The notes under the pieces were generated by a model. It ran no database searches and had not been told where the DNA came from. It saw nothing but the letters and a program-made list of their open reading frames with translations. 64,000 nucleotides of DNA, taken from an uncultured Planctomycetaceae bacterium (lineage in GTDB: Bacteria; Planctomycetota; Planctomycetia; Planctomycetales; Planctomycetaceae). The number at the start of each line of letters is the position of its first letter. Position 1 is the stretch's first letter. The stretch lies in the NCBI GenBank assembly GCA_963815195.1, contig CAWFGE010000010.1, forward strand, positions 224,001 to 288,000, in the 5' to 3' direction. Below, one piece after another: positions 21,279 to 31,409 of this stretch. Both the position numbers and the translations under genes were made by a program.

Positions 21279-22758
21279 ATGCCTGAACAACCGCATGTCC
21301 TGCTAGTCACCGCCGACCATTGGCCCGCATCGCTTCTGGGAGCGGCGGGACATCCGGTGATCCAAACGCCCACGCTCGACCAGATCGCCCGAAACGGCGT
21401 GCGGTTCGCCAACGCCTACAGCGAATGCCCGGTGTGCATTCCCGCCCGGCGGACGCTGATGACCGGCACTCCGCCGCGCGAGCACGGCGACCGCACGTTC
21501 CAGATCACGCTGCCGATGCCGGCGATGCCCACGCTGGCGGAGACGTTCCGGAGCGCGGGTTACCAGACCTACGCCGTGGGCAAGCTGCACGTCTATCCGC
21601 AGCGAAACCGCATCGGGTTTGACGATGTGCTCCTCGCCGAGGAAGGCCGGCCCAATTGGGGCGTGACGGACGATTATGAAATCTTCCTGGGCGACCGCGG
21701 CTTGGCGGGCCGGCAGTTCGACCACGGAATGTCGAACAACGAATATGTGACGAGGGCCTGGCATTTGCCGGAGGACTGCCACGTCACGAATTGGATCACC
21801 CGCGAGATGGCCCGGTCCATTCGCCGCCGCGATCCCACGCGGCCGGGGTTTTGGTATTTGTCTTATACGCATCCGCATCCGCCTTTGGTTCCGCCCGCGG
21901 CATATTGGGAGATGTACCGCGATGTGGAGCCGGTGTTTCCACGAACGGGATCCTGGGCCGAGGATTTTGATTCCCTGCCTTACCGTTTGAAAGGGCAGCG
22001 GGCCGGCTGGAGCTGCGACACGGAAACTCAAATCCGCACCGCCCTCCGGGCGTTTTATGCGCTGTGCACGCACATCGATCATCAACTGCGGCTGGTCATC
22101 GGCACGCTCCGCGAGGAAGGCCTGCTCGATCGGACGATCATTCTCTTCACCGCCGACCACGGGGACATGCTCGGGCAGCACGGGCTCTGGGCCAAGCGGC
22201 TGTATTACGAGAACTCCGCCAACGTGCCGATGCTGTTGATGGGCACCGCCGGCTGCGCGGGTCGGAACGAACCGCGTCGATTCGCGGCTGGTTGGCTGGC
22301 AGGATGTGATGCCCACGCTCTTGGACCTTGCGGGGATTGAGATCCCTCAAACGGTCGTCGGCCGGTCGATGCTATCAGAGAAGACGCGAGACGCCTTGTA
22401 TGCCGAGTGTAACGAAGGCGCGACGGCTTCGCGGATGATGCACGACGGGCGATTCAAGCTGATTTATTATCCCGCGGGCCATCGCTTTCAGTTGTTCGAC
22501 CTGCAAGACGATCCACACGAGCTGACCGACCTTTCCGCCTCCCGCGACCACGCGGCGAAGCGCGAGGAACTCACGGCCCGGCTCATCGGGGAACTGTACG
22601 GTTCCGATCTGGATTGGCTCAAAGACGGGGAGCTTGTCGGACGGCCGGAACCCGAATACCAGCCGCAGCCCAACCGCGGCCTGTCTCTGCAGCGCGGCGT
22701 CCATTGGCCCCACCCGCCCGTCGAAATCCCCACCGAACGCGATGCCTCATTGAAATGA
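21279..22758 (+). CDS. Formylglycine-dependent sulfatase (choline-sulfatase-like), frameshift near 22260
   Basis: CIPARRTLMTG (CxPxR), GKLH, HPHPP, ADHGDMLG, DVMPTLL, LFDLQDDPHE. Confidence 0.92.
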
Positions 22759-22810
22759 ATGCGTTGGCTCCCGCGCGGCAAAGCCATCTGGACAAGAGAC
22801 ACGCGTTACA

Positions 22811-24229
22811 TTACCGACTTTTTTGAAACGCACGCTCCCGCCCGCCGCTCCGTTCCTTGCCGGCGTCCAGGATTTGGACGAGGTGCAGCTTCTGGGTGTT
22901 GAGAAGATCCTCGAGCGTCTGGGTGCGATTGATGGACAGGGTGCGGCCTGCTTCGTGGACGGCCTCGCGTATTTCTGACGGATCGCGGTAGAGCACGTCC
23001 AGATTTGTGAGAATCAACTGGTCGCCTTCCTTGACGCCTCCGTCCAAAAGGGCGAGCGTTTCCAAAGTTTCCCGGGGTTCGATCTGCTGCTGCACCACGG
23101 GGGGGTTGGTGCCCGGGCGAGCGATGAGGACGTGGCCGCCTATGATCGCATCGCGGGGAATGGCGAACACCTCTTCCAGCACCGGGCCTTCCATACGAGC
23201 GTGCACGAAGGTGCCCGGCAACAGCGGCCGGGATTGCTCGGCATTGTCCACTTCGACATAGACTTCGATCGTGCGGTTTTCGACGTCCGCTTTGGGAGCC
23301 GTCCGCGTGAGCCGACCCGTCCATTGGGCTGCATTGGACACGCTCGCCGCCAAGTCGACTTGCGGAGACTGCCCGCCATCCAGCAACGGCGACAACTTGG
23401 CATAATCCGACAGCTTGATCGGCACGGGAATCTCGACCAATTGGGTGTTCGTGATCTTCACCAGCGGATCGCCCACGCGGACATACTGCCCCGTCTCGGC
23501 AAACACCTCGCTGACGACCCCCGCAAACGGTGCAGCCACCTGCGTATGGTTCAAATCGATCTTCGCCAATTCCAGTGCCGATTTCGTCGTGGCCTGGCGT
23601 TTTTCCACCTGGTCGATTTTTAAGGGATAAAGCCCCGCTTCGTTTTCCTGCCGGATCATGGCTTCTTCGTACTTCCGGAAGTCCAAAAGTGCGCGGGCCA
23701 GTTCGTCGCTCGTCACGACATCGCGGGACCGGAGCGTTTGGCGGCGCTGGTACTGCTCTTGGGCGGTTGCAAAATCCGACTTGGCCTGCTTTAAGAGCCG
23801 CTCGGCGTTGGCCCGTTCTTGCTTGAGGCGGGACAGTTCGCTTTCACCTTCCGCGAGTTGGTTTTGGACCTGTTCGTACTGCCGGCGAATGCTGTCGGGA
23901 TCGATTTGCAAGATCGGGCCGTTGGCGACCACGCGCTGGCCGATTTCGAGGTTATGTTCCTGAACCGCGCCGGCGACCTGGGCGGAGAGGATCACTTCGC
24001 GGTCGGGGCGTGCCGTCCCAAAACCGGAAATCGTCTCGCGGAGTCGGTGCTTGTGGACGACGAACACGTCGACGTTGTAGGTTTTCTTGGTCGGCGGCGT
24101 TTGCCGGGGTTCGGGCTTCATGGAGGCAAGCGCCACAAACCCGGCCGCTCCCACCGCAATCGCCCCCAGCATGCCGATCACCGAAATCACCCGCCGAAGC
24201 CGGCCCGAGTTGGAATGTGCCGCTGTCAT
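22811..24229 (-). CDS. RND efflux periplasmic adaptor (membrane fusion protein)
   Basis: N-terminal TM; SAQVAG, long coiled coil, APFAGVV, LLPGTFV, IPRDAI. Confidence 0.88.
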   Translation of the reverse strand: MTAAHSNSGRLRRVISVIGMLGAIAVGAAGFVALASMKPEPRQTPPTKKTYNVDVFVVHKHRLRETISGFGTARPDREVILSAQVAGAVQEHNLEIGQRVVANGPILQIDPDSIRRQYEQVQNQLAEGESELSRLKQERANAERLLKQAKSDFATAQEQYQRRQTLRSRDVVTSDELARALLDFRKYEEAMIRQENEAGLYPLKIDQVEKRQATTKSALELAKIDLNHTQVAAPFAGVVSEVFAETGQYVRVGDPLVKITNTQLVEIPVPIKLSDYAKLSPLLDGGQSPQVDLAASVSNAAQWTGRLTRTAPKADVENRTIEVYVEVDNAEQSRPLLPGTFVHARMEGPVLEEVFAIPRDAIIGGHVLIARPGTNPPVVQQQIEPRETLETLALLDGGVKEGDQLILTNLDVLYRDPSEIREAVHEAGRTLSINRTQTLEDLLNTQKLHLVQILDAGKERSGGRERAFQKSR

Positions 24230-24254
24230 GATCGCCTATGTTTCCTCTCGCCTT

Positions 24255-24316
24255 ATCAGCCGGAACGCGCTGGCGTCCGGTTCTCCATAAACCGGGGCTA
24301 GCGCCCTGCGGCTAAT
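24255..24316. repeat. REP-like doublet (GGCTAGCGCCCTGCGGCTAAT family)
   Basis: ATCAGCCGGAACGCGCTGGCGTCCGGTT ... AACCGGGGCTAGCGCCCTGCGGCTAAT. Confidence 0.75.
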
Positions 24317-24434
24317 GCATAACGCATTCGTGGTGTTTAAGACCAAAAACTACGACCGTTGTCACTTCCATTATAGATGGCGACCGTATTGCGGGACAGG
24401 AACGGTTTCCGCCGCGAACCTCTGGAACGCCGAT

Positions 24435-25028
24435 TTAATTCGCCGGTTCTTTGCTGACGTCGCCCCAAACGGATTGGGCGATGAGGCACAACGCCCCCGT
24501 CACCAGAAACACATCCGCGAGATTGAACACCGGCCAATCGAAGGTTCCAAATTGAAACAGTAAGAAGTCGCGGACGGCGGTGATCGTTTTCCCGGTGATG
24601 GGATCTTTGAGGCCATGCAGTCCCAGGCGATCGTACAGGTTGCCGAGGGTTCCGGCCAGGATAAGAGCCAGGCAAAGGGTCAGCGTCCAACTCCGGGCGG
24701 CACCGCGCACGAACAGCCAATACAAAATAATGCCCACCGCCAGCACGCTCAGCAGGGAAAACAGCCCGGTGAAGTGCTGCCCGATGCCCCACAGGGCCCC
24801 GTGGTTGAAGCTGGTGTGGAAGCGGAGTTTGACCCAGGAATCGAGAAACAGCCGGCTTTCCCCACCAGGAAATCCCCACTGCTCGAACACGGCCCGCTTC
24901 GAATACAGGTCCGCCGACGTCCCCGCAGCGGTGAGCGTGACAAAAGCCAGCCATCGCCCCCAGTAGCCGCGCACGCTCAGCGTCCGGGGCGAGCCCTGGG
25001 AACGTTCCGCCGGCGTCGGCGAGCTCAT
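24435..25028 (-). CDS. lspA: Lipoprotein signal peptidase II
   Basis: DLYSK, NHGALWG, GTLGNLYDR, VRDF, WPVFNLAD. Confidence 0.93.
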   Translation of the reverse strand: MSSPTPAERSQGSPRTLSVRGYWGRWLAFVTLTAAGTSADLYSKRAVFEQWGFPGGESRLFLDSWVKLRFHTSFNHGALWGIGQHFTGLFSLLSVLAVGIILYWLFVRGAARSWTLTLCLALILAGTLGNLYDRLGLHGLKDPITGKTITAVRDFLLFQFGTFDWPVFNLADVFLVTGALCLIAQSVWGDVSKEPAN

Positions 25029-25414
25029 AAGGACATTTCTTCTCGCTTCCGCTTGCAATTGACGCAATCGCGGGCGTAGGGAATCGCCTTGAGCCGGAGC
25101 TTGGGAATCATGGCTTTGGACACGGGCCGGCCTTCGGCGAGGCAGCTTTCGCAGAGGCCATAAGTCCCATTCTCGATTCGCTTTATGGCGGCGGTGATTT
25201 CCTTGAGCACCTCCTGGTCGTTCTCCATCAGGTGCAGCGAGAAATCCTGCTCGAAGCTGGCCGTGCCCAGTTCCGCGAGATGCGTCGGGCTTTCTCCGCC
25301 GTTATTGCCGCGGTCCAAGGCTTCATCGCTAAGCTGCTCCACATCCCCCCGAATGCGGGCCTTGAGCGTCAAAAGTAGGGCACGAAATTGATCGATTTCA
25401 GACTGTTTTAGCAT
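25025..25414 (-). CDS. TraR/DksA C4-type zinc finger protein
   Basis: Coiled coil, PTHLAELGT, GTYGLCESC...RLKAIPYARDCVNC; overlaps the lspA start. Confidence 0.88.
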   Translation of the reverse strand: MLKQSEIDQFRALLLTLKARIRGDVEQLSDEALDRGNNGGESPTHLAELGTASFEQDFSLHLMENDQEVLKEITAAIKRIENGTYGLCESCLAEGRPVSKAMIPKLRLKAIPYARDCVNCKRKREEMSL

Positions 25415-25611
25415 CGCAGTAAGATTAAGGTGTGAAGCGAAAAAAAATGACGAAATTGCATTATCCTCCCGGAAATAACGCCGGTCAAGCGTCCGGCCGA
25501 TTTTCAATTGACCCGGCGGACCCGGCGTGCGCAACGGCTAATTTCAAAATACTCCCCAATGTGGTATGACGAAATCATCGACAAACTTGATTGCATAAGG
25601 GAGAAACTGAT

Positions 25612-26500
25612 TTGGCAAAATTGGTGATCGGCTGCGGGTATTTGGGGCAGCGACTGGCCGCGAAATGGGCCGAGGCCGGGGAAACCGTGTGGGCCCTCAC
25701 GCGGTCGGCGGAACGAGCCGAGGAATTCCAGAGCCGCGGTTGGCAGCCCGTTGTGGGCGATGTGACGCAGCCTTCGGTCCAAGAGACGTTACAGAACTTG
25801 CCGGAAGTGGACACCGTCTTGTATGCCGTAGGCTACGACCGCGGCAGCGGCTTGTCCCAACGGGAAGTTTATGTCGACGGCCTCAAAAACGTGTTGGAGA
25901 TGATCGCCCCCCGAGTCCGGCGGTTTCTTTATATCTCCAGCACCAGCGTTTACGGCCAGGATCAGGGCGAGTGGATCGATGAAACGTCCCCCTGCGAACC
26001 CACCCGGCCCAACGGCCAAATCTGCCGGGACGCGGAACAACTCGTCGAGCAATATTTTCCTCCCGAAAAAGCGGATTCCGAGCGATCCGCCAATATTCTG
26101 CGGTTGGCGGGAATCTATGGGCCGGGGCGATTGCTCCGGCGGCTCGCCGATTTGCGCAGGCCAGCCGATCGCGGGCGAATCGGAGGGTTGGTTGAATCTG
26201 ATCCACGTCGCTGATGCCGTTCGGACCATCCTGGCCTGCGAGAAGCGGGGCGAGCCGGGGGCGGTTTATCTGGTCTCCGACGACCGGCCCGTCCGCCGGC
26301 GGGAGTATTACGGCGAACTCGCAAGGCTCGCCGGGGTGGAAATTCCGCCATTCGAGGCCCGTTCAGAAACCCGCGACGCGGCCGGTTTGGGCAAGCAGTG
26401 CTCCAATCGGAAAATCCGCGAAAACCTCCAGGTTGGGCTCGCCTTTCCCACAATTATTGAGGGCTTGCCGGACGCGGTGCAGCCCTGCGAAGCGGACTGA
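25612..26500 (+). CDS. NAD-dependent epimerase / atypical SDR (YeeZ-like), frameshift near 26158
   Basis: IGCGYLG, YISSTSVYG, LRLAGIYGPGR, then LNLIHVADA, GKQCSNRKI. Confidence 0.87.
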
Positions 26501-27167
26501 GGCGGAAATTCGGTGAAAAATTGTGGGATTGGGGGAAAAGTCGGAAAATTTCTCTTTTCTCGGCAGGGGACGCACGATACTATTCACCACTGAAAATCCA
26601 CCCGTTTTCTCCCACCCCACCCAATGATGATCGTGTTACTCAAATTTTGCCGGCCGCTCCCCACTCGTGCTCGATCGGGTACGAGGGGAATACTCCGGCA
26701 GTCCAGCCTGCATTGATACCCACTTGACTTGTCTCTTCAAGGAGACGAGGGCCATGCCACACCAACGATCCTGAGCCAGACCCGTCGCGAGTTTGCTCCT
26801 GGCCCATTCGCGAAAATCGTAACACGATCCAAAAAGCGCTCAGCCGGTCACTCCCGCCCAACCCGTTTTGCCGAAACCCGCCCTGCCTGAGATTGGGGAT
26901 TTCGCTCAAAATGCCCGGCGGCCAGCATTTGTGGCCAAAAATTCCCCGATATTTGATCGGATCTTGGCACAGAGTTTGTACAACTCGCCAAGCTGTAACC
27001 CGAAACAACCGGCCAAGTCCTTCCGACTTCGGCACACAAGAGCGAAAGGCTTCCAGGGCCACCCGTCCTACGAAGTCTCGGCTCAAATAACCTGATTTGG
27101 AACTTTCCCCTTATGATAAGCCGTGCGTGACGGCTTGCCTTCCCTTTTTGGTACGAAACCTGGACCC

Positions 27168-29297
27168 ATGAAAAACCTCCAAAAACATCGCAACATCGGC
27201 ATCTCCGCTCACATCGACTCCGGCAAAACCACCTTGACCGAGCGGATTCTGTTCTACTCCGGCCGGATCCACCGGATGCAAGAAGTCAAAGGGAAGGAAG
27301 GCGGGGCCACCATGGACTCCATGGAACTCGAGCGGGAACGGGGCATCACGATTGCCTCCGCCGCGACCTCCGTCTCCTGGATGGGGCATTCGATCAACGT
27401 CATCGACACCCCCGGCCACGTCGACTTCACCGTCGAAGTCGAACGCAGCCTCCGCGTCTTGGACGGGGCGATTCTCGTGCTCTGCGCCGTGGGCGGCGTG
27501 CAAAGCCAATCGCTGACCGTGGACCGGCAAATGCGCAGGTATCACGTGCCGCGGATTGCGTTCATCAACAAGATGGACCGCACGGGGGCCGACCCGGACA
27601 AAGTCATGAAGCAAATGGCCGACAAACTCAAGGTCACCCCGCTCGCCGTGCAATTGCCGATGGGCCGGGAAGACGCTTTTGAAGGCGTGATCGATCTCAT
27701 CAAGATGCAAGCGGTGTATTTCGACGGGGCGATGGGCGAAACCGTCCGCCGCGAAGCCATTCCCGAAAAATACGCCGCCGCCGCCACGGAAGCCCGCAAC
27801 CACATGCTGGAAACCTTGTCGCTTTACAGCGATGAGTTGATGATGGCCCTCCTGGAAGAAGCCGAGGTCGAAGAAGCCGACATCCGCAAGCTGATCCGCG
27901 AAGCGACCTTGGCCCACGAGATCGTCCCCGTGTTGATGGGCACCGCGTTCCGCAACAAAGGCGTGCAGGAAGCCCTCGATGCGGTCGTGCATTATCTGCC
28001 CAGCCCGCTCGACCGCGACCTGACGGCGATCGACGTGTCCAAGCAACAGCCCGGCAGCGAATCGCCTCCCGATGAAGTCCGCCGCGTGCCCCTCGTCAGT
28101 TCCGATGATAAGCCCTTGGTGTCGATGGCGTTCAAAACCGTGGTGGAAGCCTTCGGCCAGTTGACCTACTTCCGCGTCTATCAAGGCGAGATCAAAAAAG
28201 GCGAAAGCTACACCAACATGCGGACCGGGCGGAAAGTGCGGTTCGGCCGGTTGGTGCGGATGCACGCCGACGACCGCGAAGACATCGACCAGGCCGGCGC
28301 CGGCGACATCATCGCCGTCGTGGGCGTGGATTGCGCCTCCGGCGATACCTTCTGCGGCAATGGCGTGGAATACTCCCTCGAAAGCATTTTCGTGCCGGAG
28401 CCCGTCATCCGTCTGTCCATCGAACCCATGAGGCGGGACGGGGCCGACAAACTCAGCAAAGCCCTCGAACGCTTCCGCCGGGAAGACCCCACCTTCCAGG
28501 TCACCAGCGACCCGGAAACCAACCAGACAATCATCGCCGGCATGGGCCAGTTGCACCTCGATATTTACATCGAACGCATCCGCCGGGAATACGGCGTGGA
28601 ATGCCTCGTCGGCGAGCCGCGCGTCGCCTACCGCGAATGCCCCACGCGGGCCGTCGAGTTCGACTTCCGCCACAAGAAGCAGTCCGGCGGCTCCGGTCAG
28701 TTCGCGCACATCAAAGGCCGGCTTGAACCGTTGCCGGAAGACGCCGACGTCGCTTACGAGTTCGTCAATGAAGTCACCCAGGGACGCATTCCCAAGGAAT
28801 ACATCCCGGCCGTGGACCACGGCTTCAAGCTAGCCCTCGACAAAGGGCCGCTCGCCGAATGTGAAGTCGTCGGCGTGCGGGCGATCCTGAACGACGGGGC
28901 CTACCACGATGTGGACTCCTCGGAAATGGCGTTCAAGATTTGCGGCTTCAACTGCATGCGGGAAACCCTGCAAAAGGCGAAAATGGCCCTGCAGGAGCCG
29001 ATCATGCTCCTCGAAATCGAAACGCCGGACGAATTCCAAGGCCCGGTCACCGGCCACCTTTCCAGCAAACGGGGCGTGATCGTCTCGTCGGAAGTCCGCC
29101 AAGGCATCGCCGTGATCCTCGCCGAGGTCCCCCTGGCGACGATGTTCGACTACGCCAACGAGCTACGTTCGATGACCCAAGGCAAAGGCACCTTCAGCAT
29201 GGAGTTCGCCAAATACCGCCAGGTCCCCGCCAACCTGCAAGACGACGTCATCGCCAGAAGAAAAGCCGAAAAAGAAGAACGCCTCGCAATGGCCTAA
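27168..29297 (+). CDS. fusA: Elongation factor G, stand-alone copy
   Basis: RNIGISAHIDSGKTT, RGITI, DTPGHVDF, NKMD, GMGQLHL, HDVDSSEMAF, LRSMTQG. Confidence 0.96.
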   Translation: MKNLQKHRNIGISAHIDSGKTTLTERILFYSGRIHRMQEVKGKEGGATMDSMELERERGITIASAATSVSWMGHSINVIDTPGHVDFTVEVERSLRVLDGAILVLCAVGGVQSQSLTVDRQMRRYHVPRIAFINKMDRTGADPDKVMKQMADKLKVTPLAVQLPMGREDAFEGVIDLIKMQAVYFDGAMGETVRREAIPEKYAAAATEARNHMLETLSLYSDELMMALLEEAEVEEADIRKLIREATLAHEIVPVLMGTAFRNKGVQEALDAVVHYLPSPLDRDLTAIDVSKQQPGSESPPDEVRRVPLVSSDDKPLVSMAFKTVVEAFGQLTYFRVYQGEIKKGESYTNMRTGRKVRFGRLVRMHADDREDIDQAGAGDIIAVVGVDCASGDTFCGNGVEYSLESIFVPEPVIRLSIEPMRRDGADKLSKALERFRREDPTFQVTSDPETNQTIIAGMGQLHLDIYIERIRREYGVECLVGEPRVAYRECPTRAVEFDFRHKKQSGGSGQFAHIKGRLEPLPEDADVAYEFVNEVTQGRIPKEYIPAVDHGFKLALDKGPLAECEVVGVRAILNDGAYHDVDSSEMAFKICGFNCMRETLQKAKMALQEPIMLLEIETPDEFQGPVTGHLSSKRGVIVSSEVRQGIAVILAEVPLATMFDYANELRSMTQGKGTFSMEFAKYRQVPANLQDDVIARRKAEKEERLAMA

Positions 29298-29379
29298 CAG
29301 CGACCGCGACGCACAAAGGCGAGCGGACCAACCTGCCGGTCGGTGCCCGCGTAAGCCTCCTGGTTCTGCACAAAAAGAG

Positions 29380-29418
29380 AAAACCCCGGCCTGACAATGC
29401 GTCAGCCCGGGGTTTCTT
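29380..29418 (+). terminator. Intrinsic terminator after fusA
   Basis: AAACCCCGG.CTGAC-AATGC-GTCAG.CCGGGGTTT followed by CTTGTTT. Confidence 0.75.
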
Positions 29419-29559
29419 GTTTGTCGCAAAGATATGGGAACGATTCTACCGAAAACGAGGGGCGAACTATCACCTCTTGTCGCTGCGCGACCCAGGTTGC
29501 AGATAACCTGGGCCACCCCGCGGCGGCGTGGGACTATGAAAGCACTGGCAACAAGTGAC

Positions 29560-29692
29560 GTAGGGCCGGCTGTGCCGGCCTTTTCGACGAAGGGAATCAT
29601 GCTTATGCCCAATTGGCGGCTGGGTGTGCCGGCCATTTGGTGCGAGAAAAATCGTTGTGTCAAAAACAAAAGGCCGGCACAGCCGGCCCTAC
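29560..29692. repeat. GTAG-type REP doublet (REPIN-like)
   Basis: Perfect 25-bp inverted repeat GTAGGGCCGGCTGTGCCGGCCTTTT (29560-29584) / AAAAGGCCGGCACAGCCGGCCCTAC (29668-29692). Confidence 0.88.
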
Positions 29693-29969
29693 TCGGCTGG
29701 CCAACCTCTGGCCACGTCCGCGTGGAGCTCGCCCGCGGCCCTACACACCTCTCCCACGTCACGCCCATGAGCAACTGGTTCTTCGGGACTGAGCAGTTCG
29801 CCATCGTGGCATCCGCCTTTCTGTTTCTTTCCTTCACTCACCCAACGATCGCCAGGCCCCAGGGGGAAAGGGGGCGGTCCGCCCATCCTCCGCTCCCCAA
29901 CCACCCTGTGCACTTTCCGCCACGGAAATACTCACCACGCACGGACCTGATGAATAATCCGGGGTCACG

Positions 29970-31241
29970 TCAGCGAGTTTCTGTCGCTTGTAAGTAGGCC
30001 CCGGTGAGATCGTACAAACGGACGATTTCCGCAGGCGGTTGGGAGCGGTCGTAACGGAACACTTCCGCTTTCCCGTTGGCTTGGAGAACGCTCACCAGGA
30101 TCAGATTCTTGAGGTCGGGGACGTTCGCCGACGCCGGCAAGTTTTGGATCAACTTACCGAGAGTCAGAACTTGAGCTTCGCTGAGCCCGTGCTGTTTGGC
30201 GGCTTGGGTGGCGTGGTTGTAAACTTCCCGCGCCGTGGCCACCGTGGATGTGGACAGGTCGGCCGTGCAAAGCATGGCCACGCTCGGATTCCCGCCGAAA
30301 AACCACGACGTGCGAACCTGATCCCGGCCCACCTGTTTCAACCAGGCAACGTTGGCGAGGAAGGCCTCAGATTGCGGATAGGCCGCCAACGGATCGCCCT
30401 TGGCAGGAACGGTCGCCGAAGATTTTTCCTCGTCGGATTTCGGCGGGGCCGGCTTCTGATCTTTTTGGCCCTTGATGAGTTCTTTGAGTTCTTTCAACTC
30501 CGCTTCGATTTGCTTCATCCGCTGCATTTCTTTTTGCAGGGCTTTGACCTCCAGGTCCAACTCCTTCAGGCGTTTGAGATCCTCGGCGGGAATCGTGACC
30601 AGGGCGGGCGTCCGCGGCACGGGTTCTTGAGCGTAGGTGCTGCTCGCGGTGACTTTCTCGGCCCACTGCGTGTTGTTTTTGGCTTTGAGGGCCACGGCGT
30701 CGATTTCGTTCCAACCCGGCACGGCGGGCGAATCGAAATAGAGTTTGACCTTCTGGATTTTGAACTTCGTCTTGATGGGAATGATCGAGGTCCCGCGGGC
30801 GGCGGTGCGAGGCGTGGGATCGGTGCCCATCCAGGCCATGTGCTCTTTGCCGTCCTCGTCGAACACGCCCACCTTTTCCAAGCAGCCCGGGTTGTAGGTT
30901 TCATAGACCGCGACGGCGGTGGGCATCACGGCTTCGGGATATTCGCAGATCAGCCATTCCTTCTGGCCGTCCTGGGTTTGCGAGGCCCAGGCCGTTTGAA
31001 TGTCGCCGGCCCCGTCGGTGTCGGGCGGGCCTTCGGCTTGCTCCGGCCCCCAAGACCGCTTGGCCGTCTGGACAGCGATGCGTTCCGCACGTTCCAAACC
31101 CCGAACCGGGACGACGTCATTTTGAACCTGCAACGGCGGGGGATCGGCCAGCGCTCTTTGTTCCGGGGACGGAAAGTCCAACAGGCCCCCCGCCGCCAAC
31201 CCCAACGCCATCGCCATCGCCATAAAACGGGACCAGGACAT
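29970..31241 (-). CDS. Secreted protein with discoidin/pappalysin-like beta-sandwich domain, coiled coil and unknown C-terminal domain
   Basis: Signal peptide; WGPEQAEGPPD...AWAS...EWL...VYETYNPG...WNEIDAV pattern; K/E-rich heptads. Confidence 0.7.
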   Translation of the reverse strand: MSWSRFMAMAMALGLAAGGLLDFPSPEQRALADPPPLQVQNDVVPVRGLERAERIAVQTAKRSWGPEQAEGPPDTDGAGDIQTAWASQTQDGQKEWLICEYPEAVMPTAVAVYETYNPGCLEKVGVFDEDGKEHMAWMGTDPTPRTAARGTSIIPIKTKFKIQKVKLYFDSPAVPGWNEIDAVALKAKNNTQWAEKVTASSTYAQEPVPRTPALVTIPAEDLKRLKELDLEVKALQKEMQRMKQIEAELKELKELIKGQKDQKPAPPKSDEEKSSATVPAKGDPLAAYPQSEAFLANVAWLKQVGRDQVRTSWFFGGNPSVAMLCTADLSTSTVATAREVYNHATQAAKQHGLSEAQVLTLGKLIQNLPASANVPDLKNLILVSVLQANGKAEVFRYDRSQPPAEIVRLYDLTGAYLQATETR

Positions 31242-31409
31242 CGCAGCCTCCTCGGAATGGAAACAGAACACGCGCCGGCCTCATCAACGAACTGAGGACC
31301 GTATTATTCTCGACGACTCTTTTCGTTTTGACGAGTGCAGTTTGTCGATGGTTCCCAATCTTTTCGCCGATGTTACGTTGGCGTTACGAATCGGGGCACA
31401 CGACGTTTC

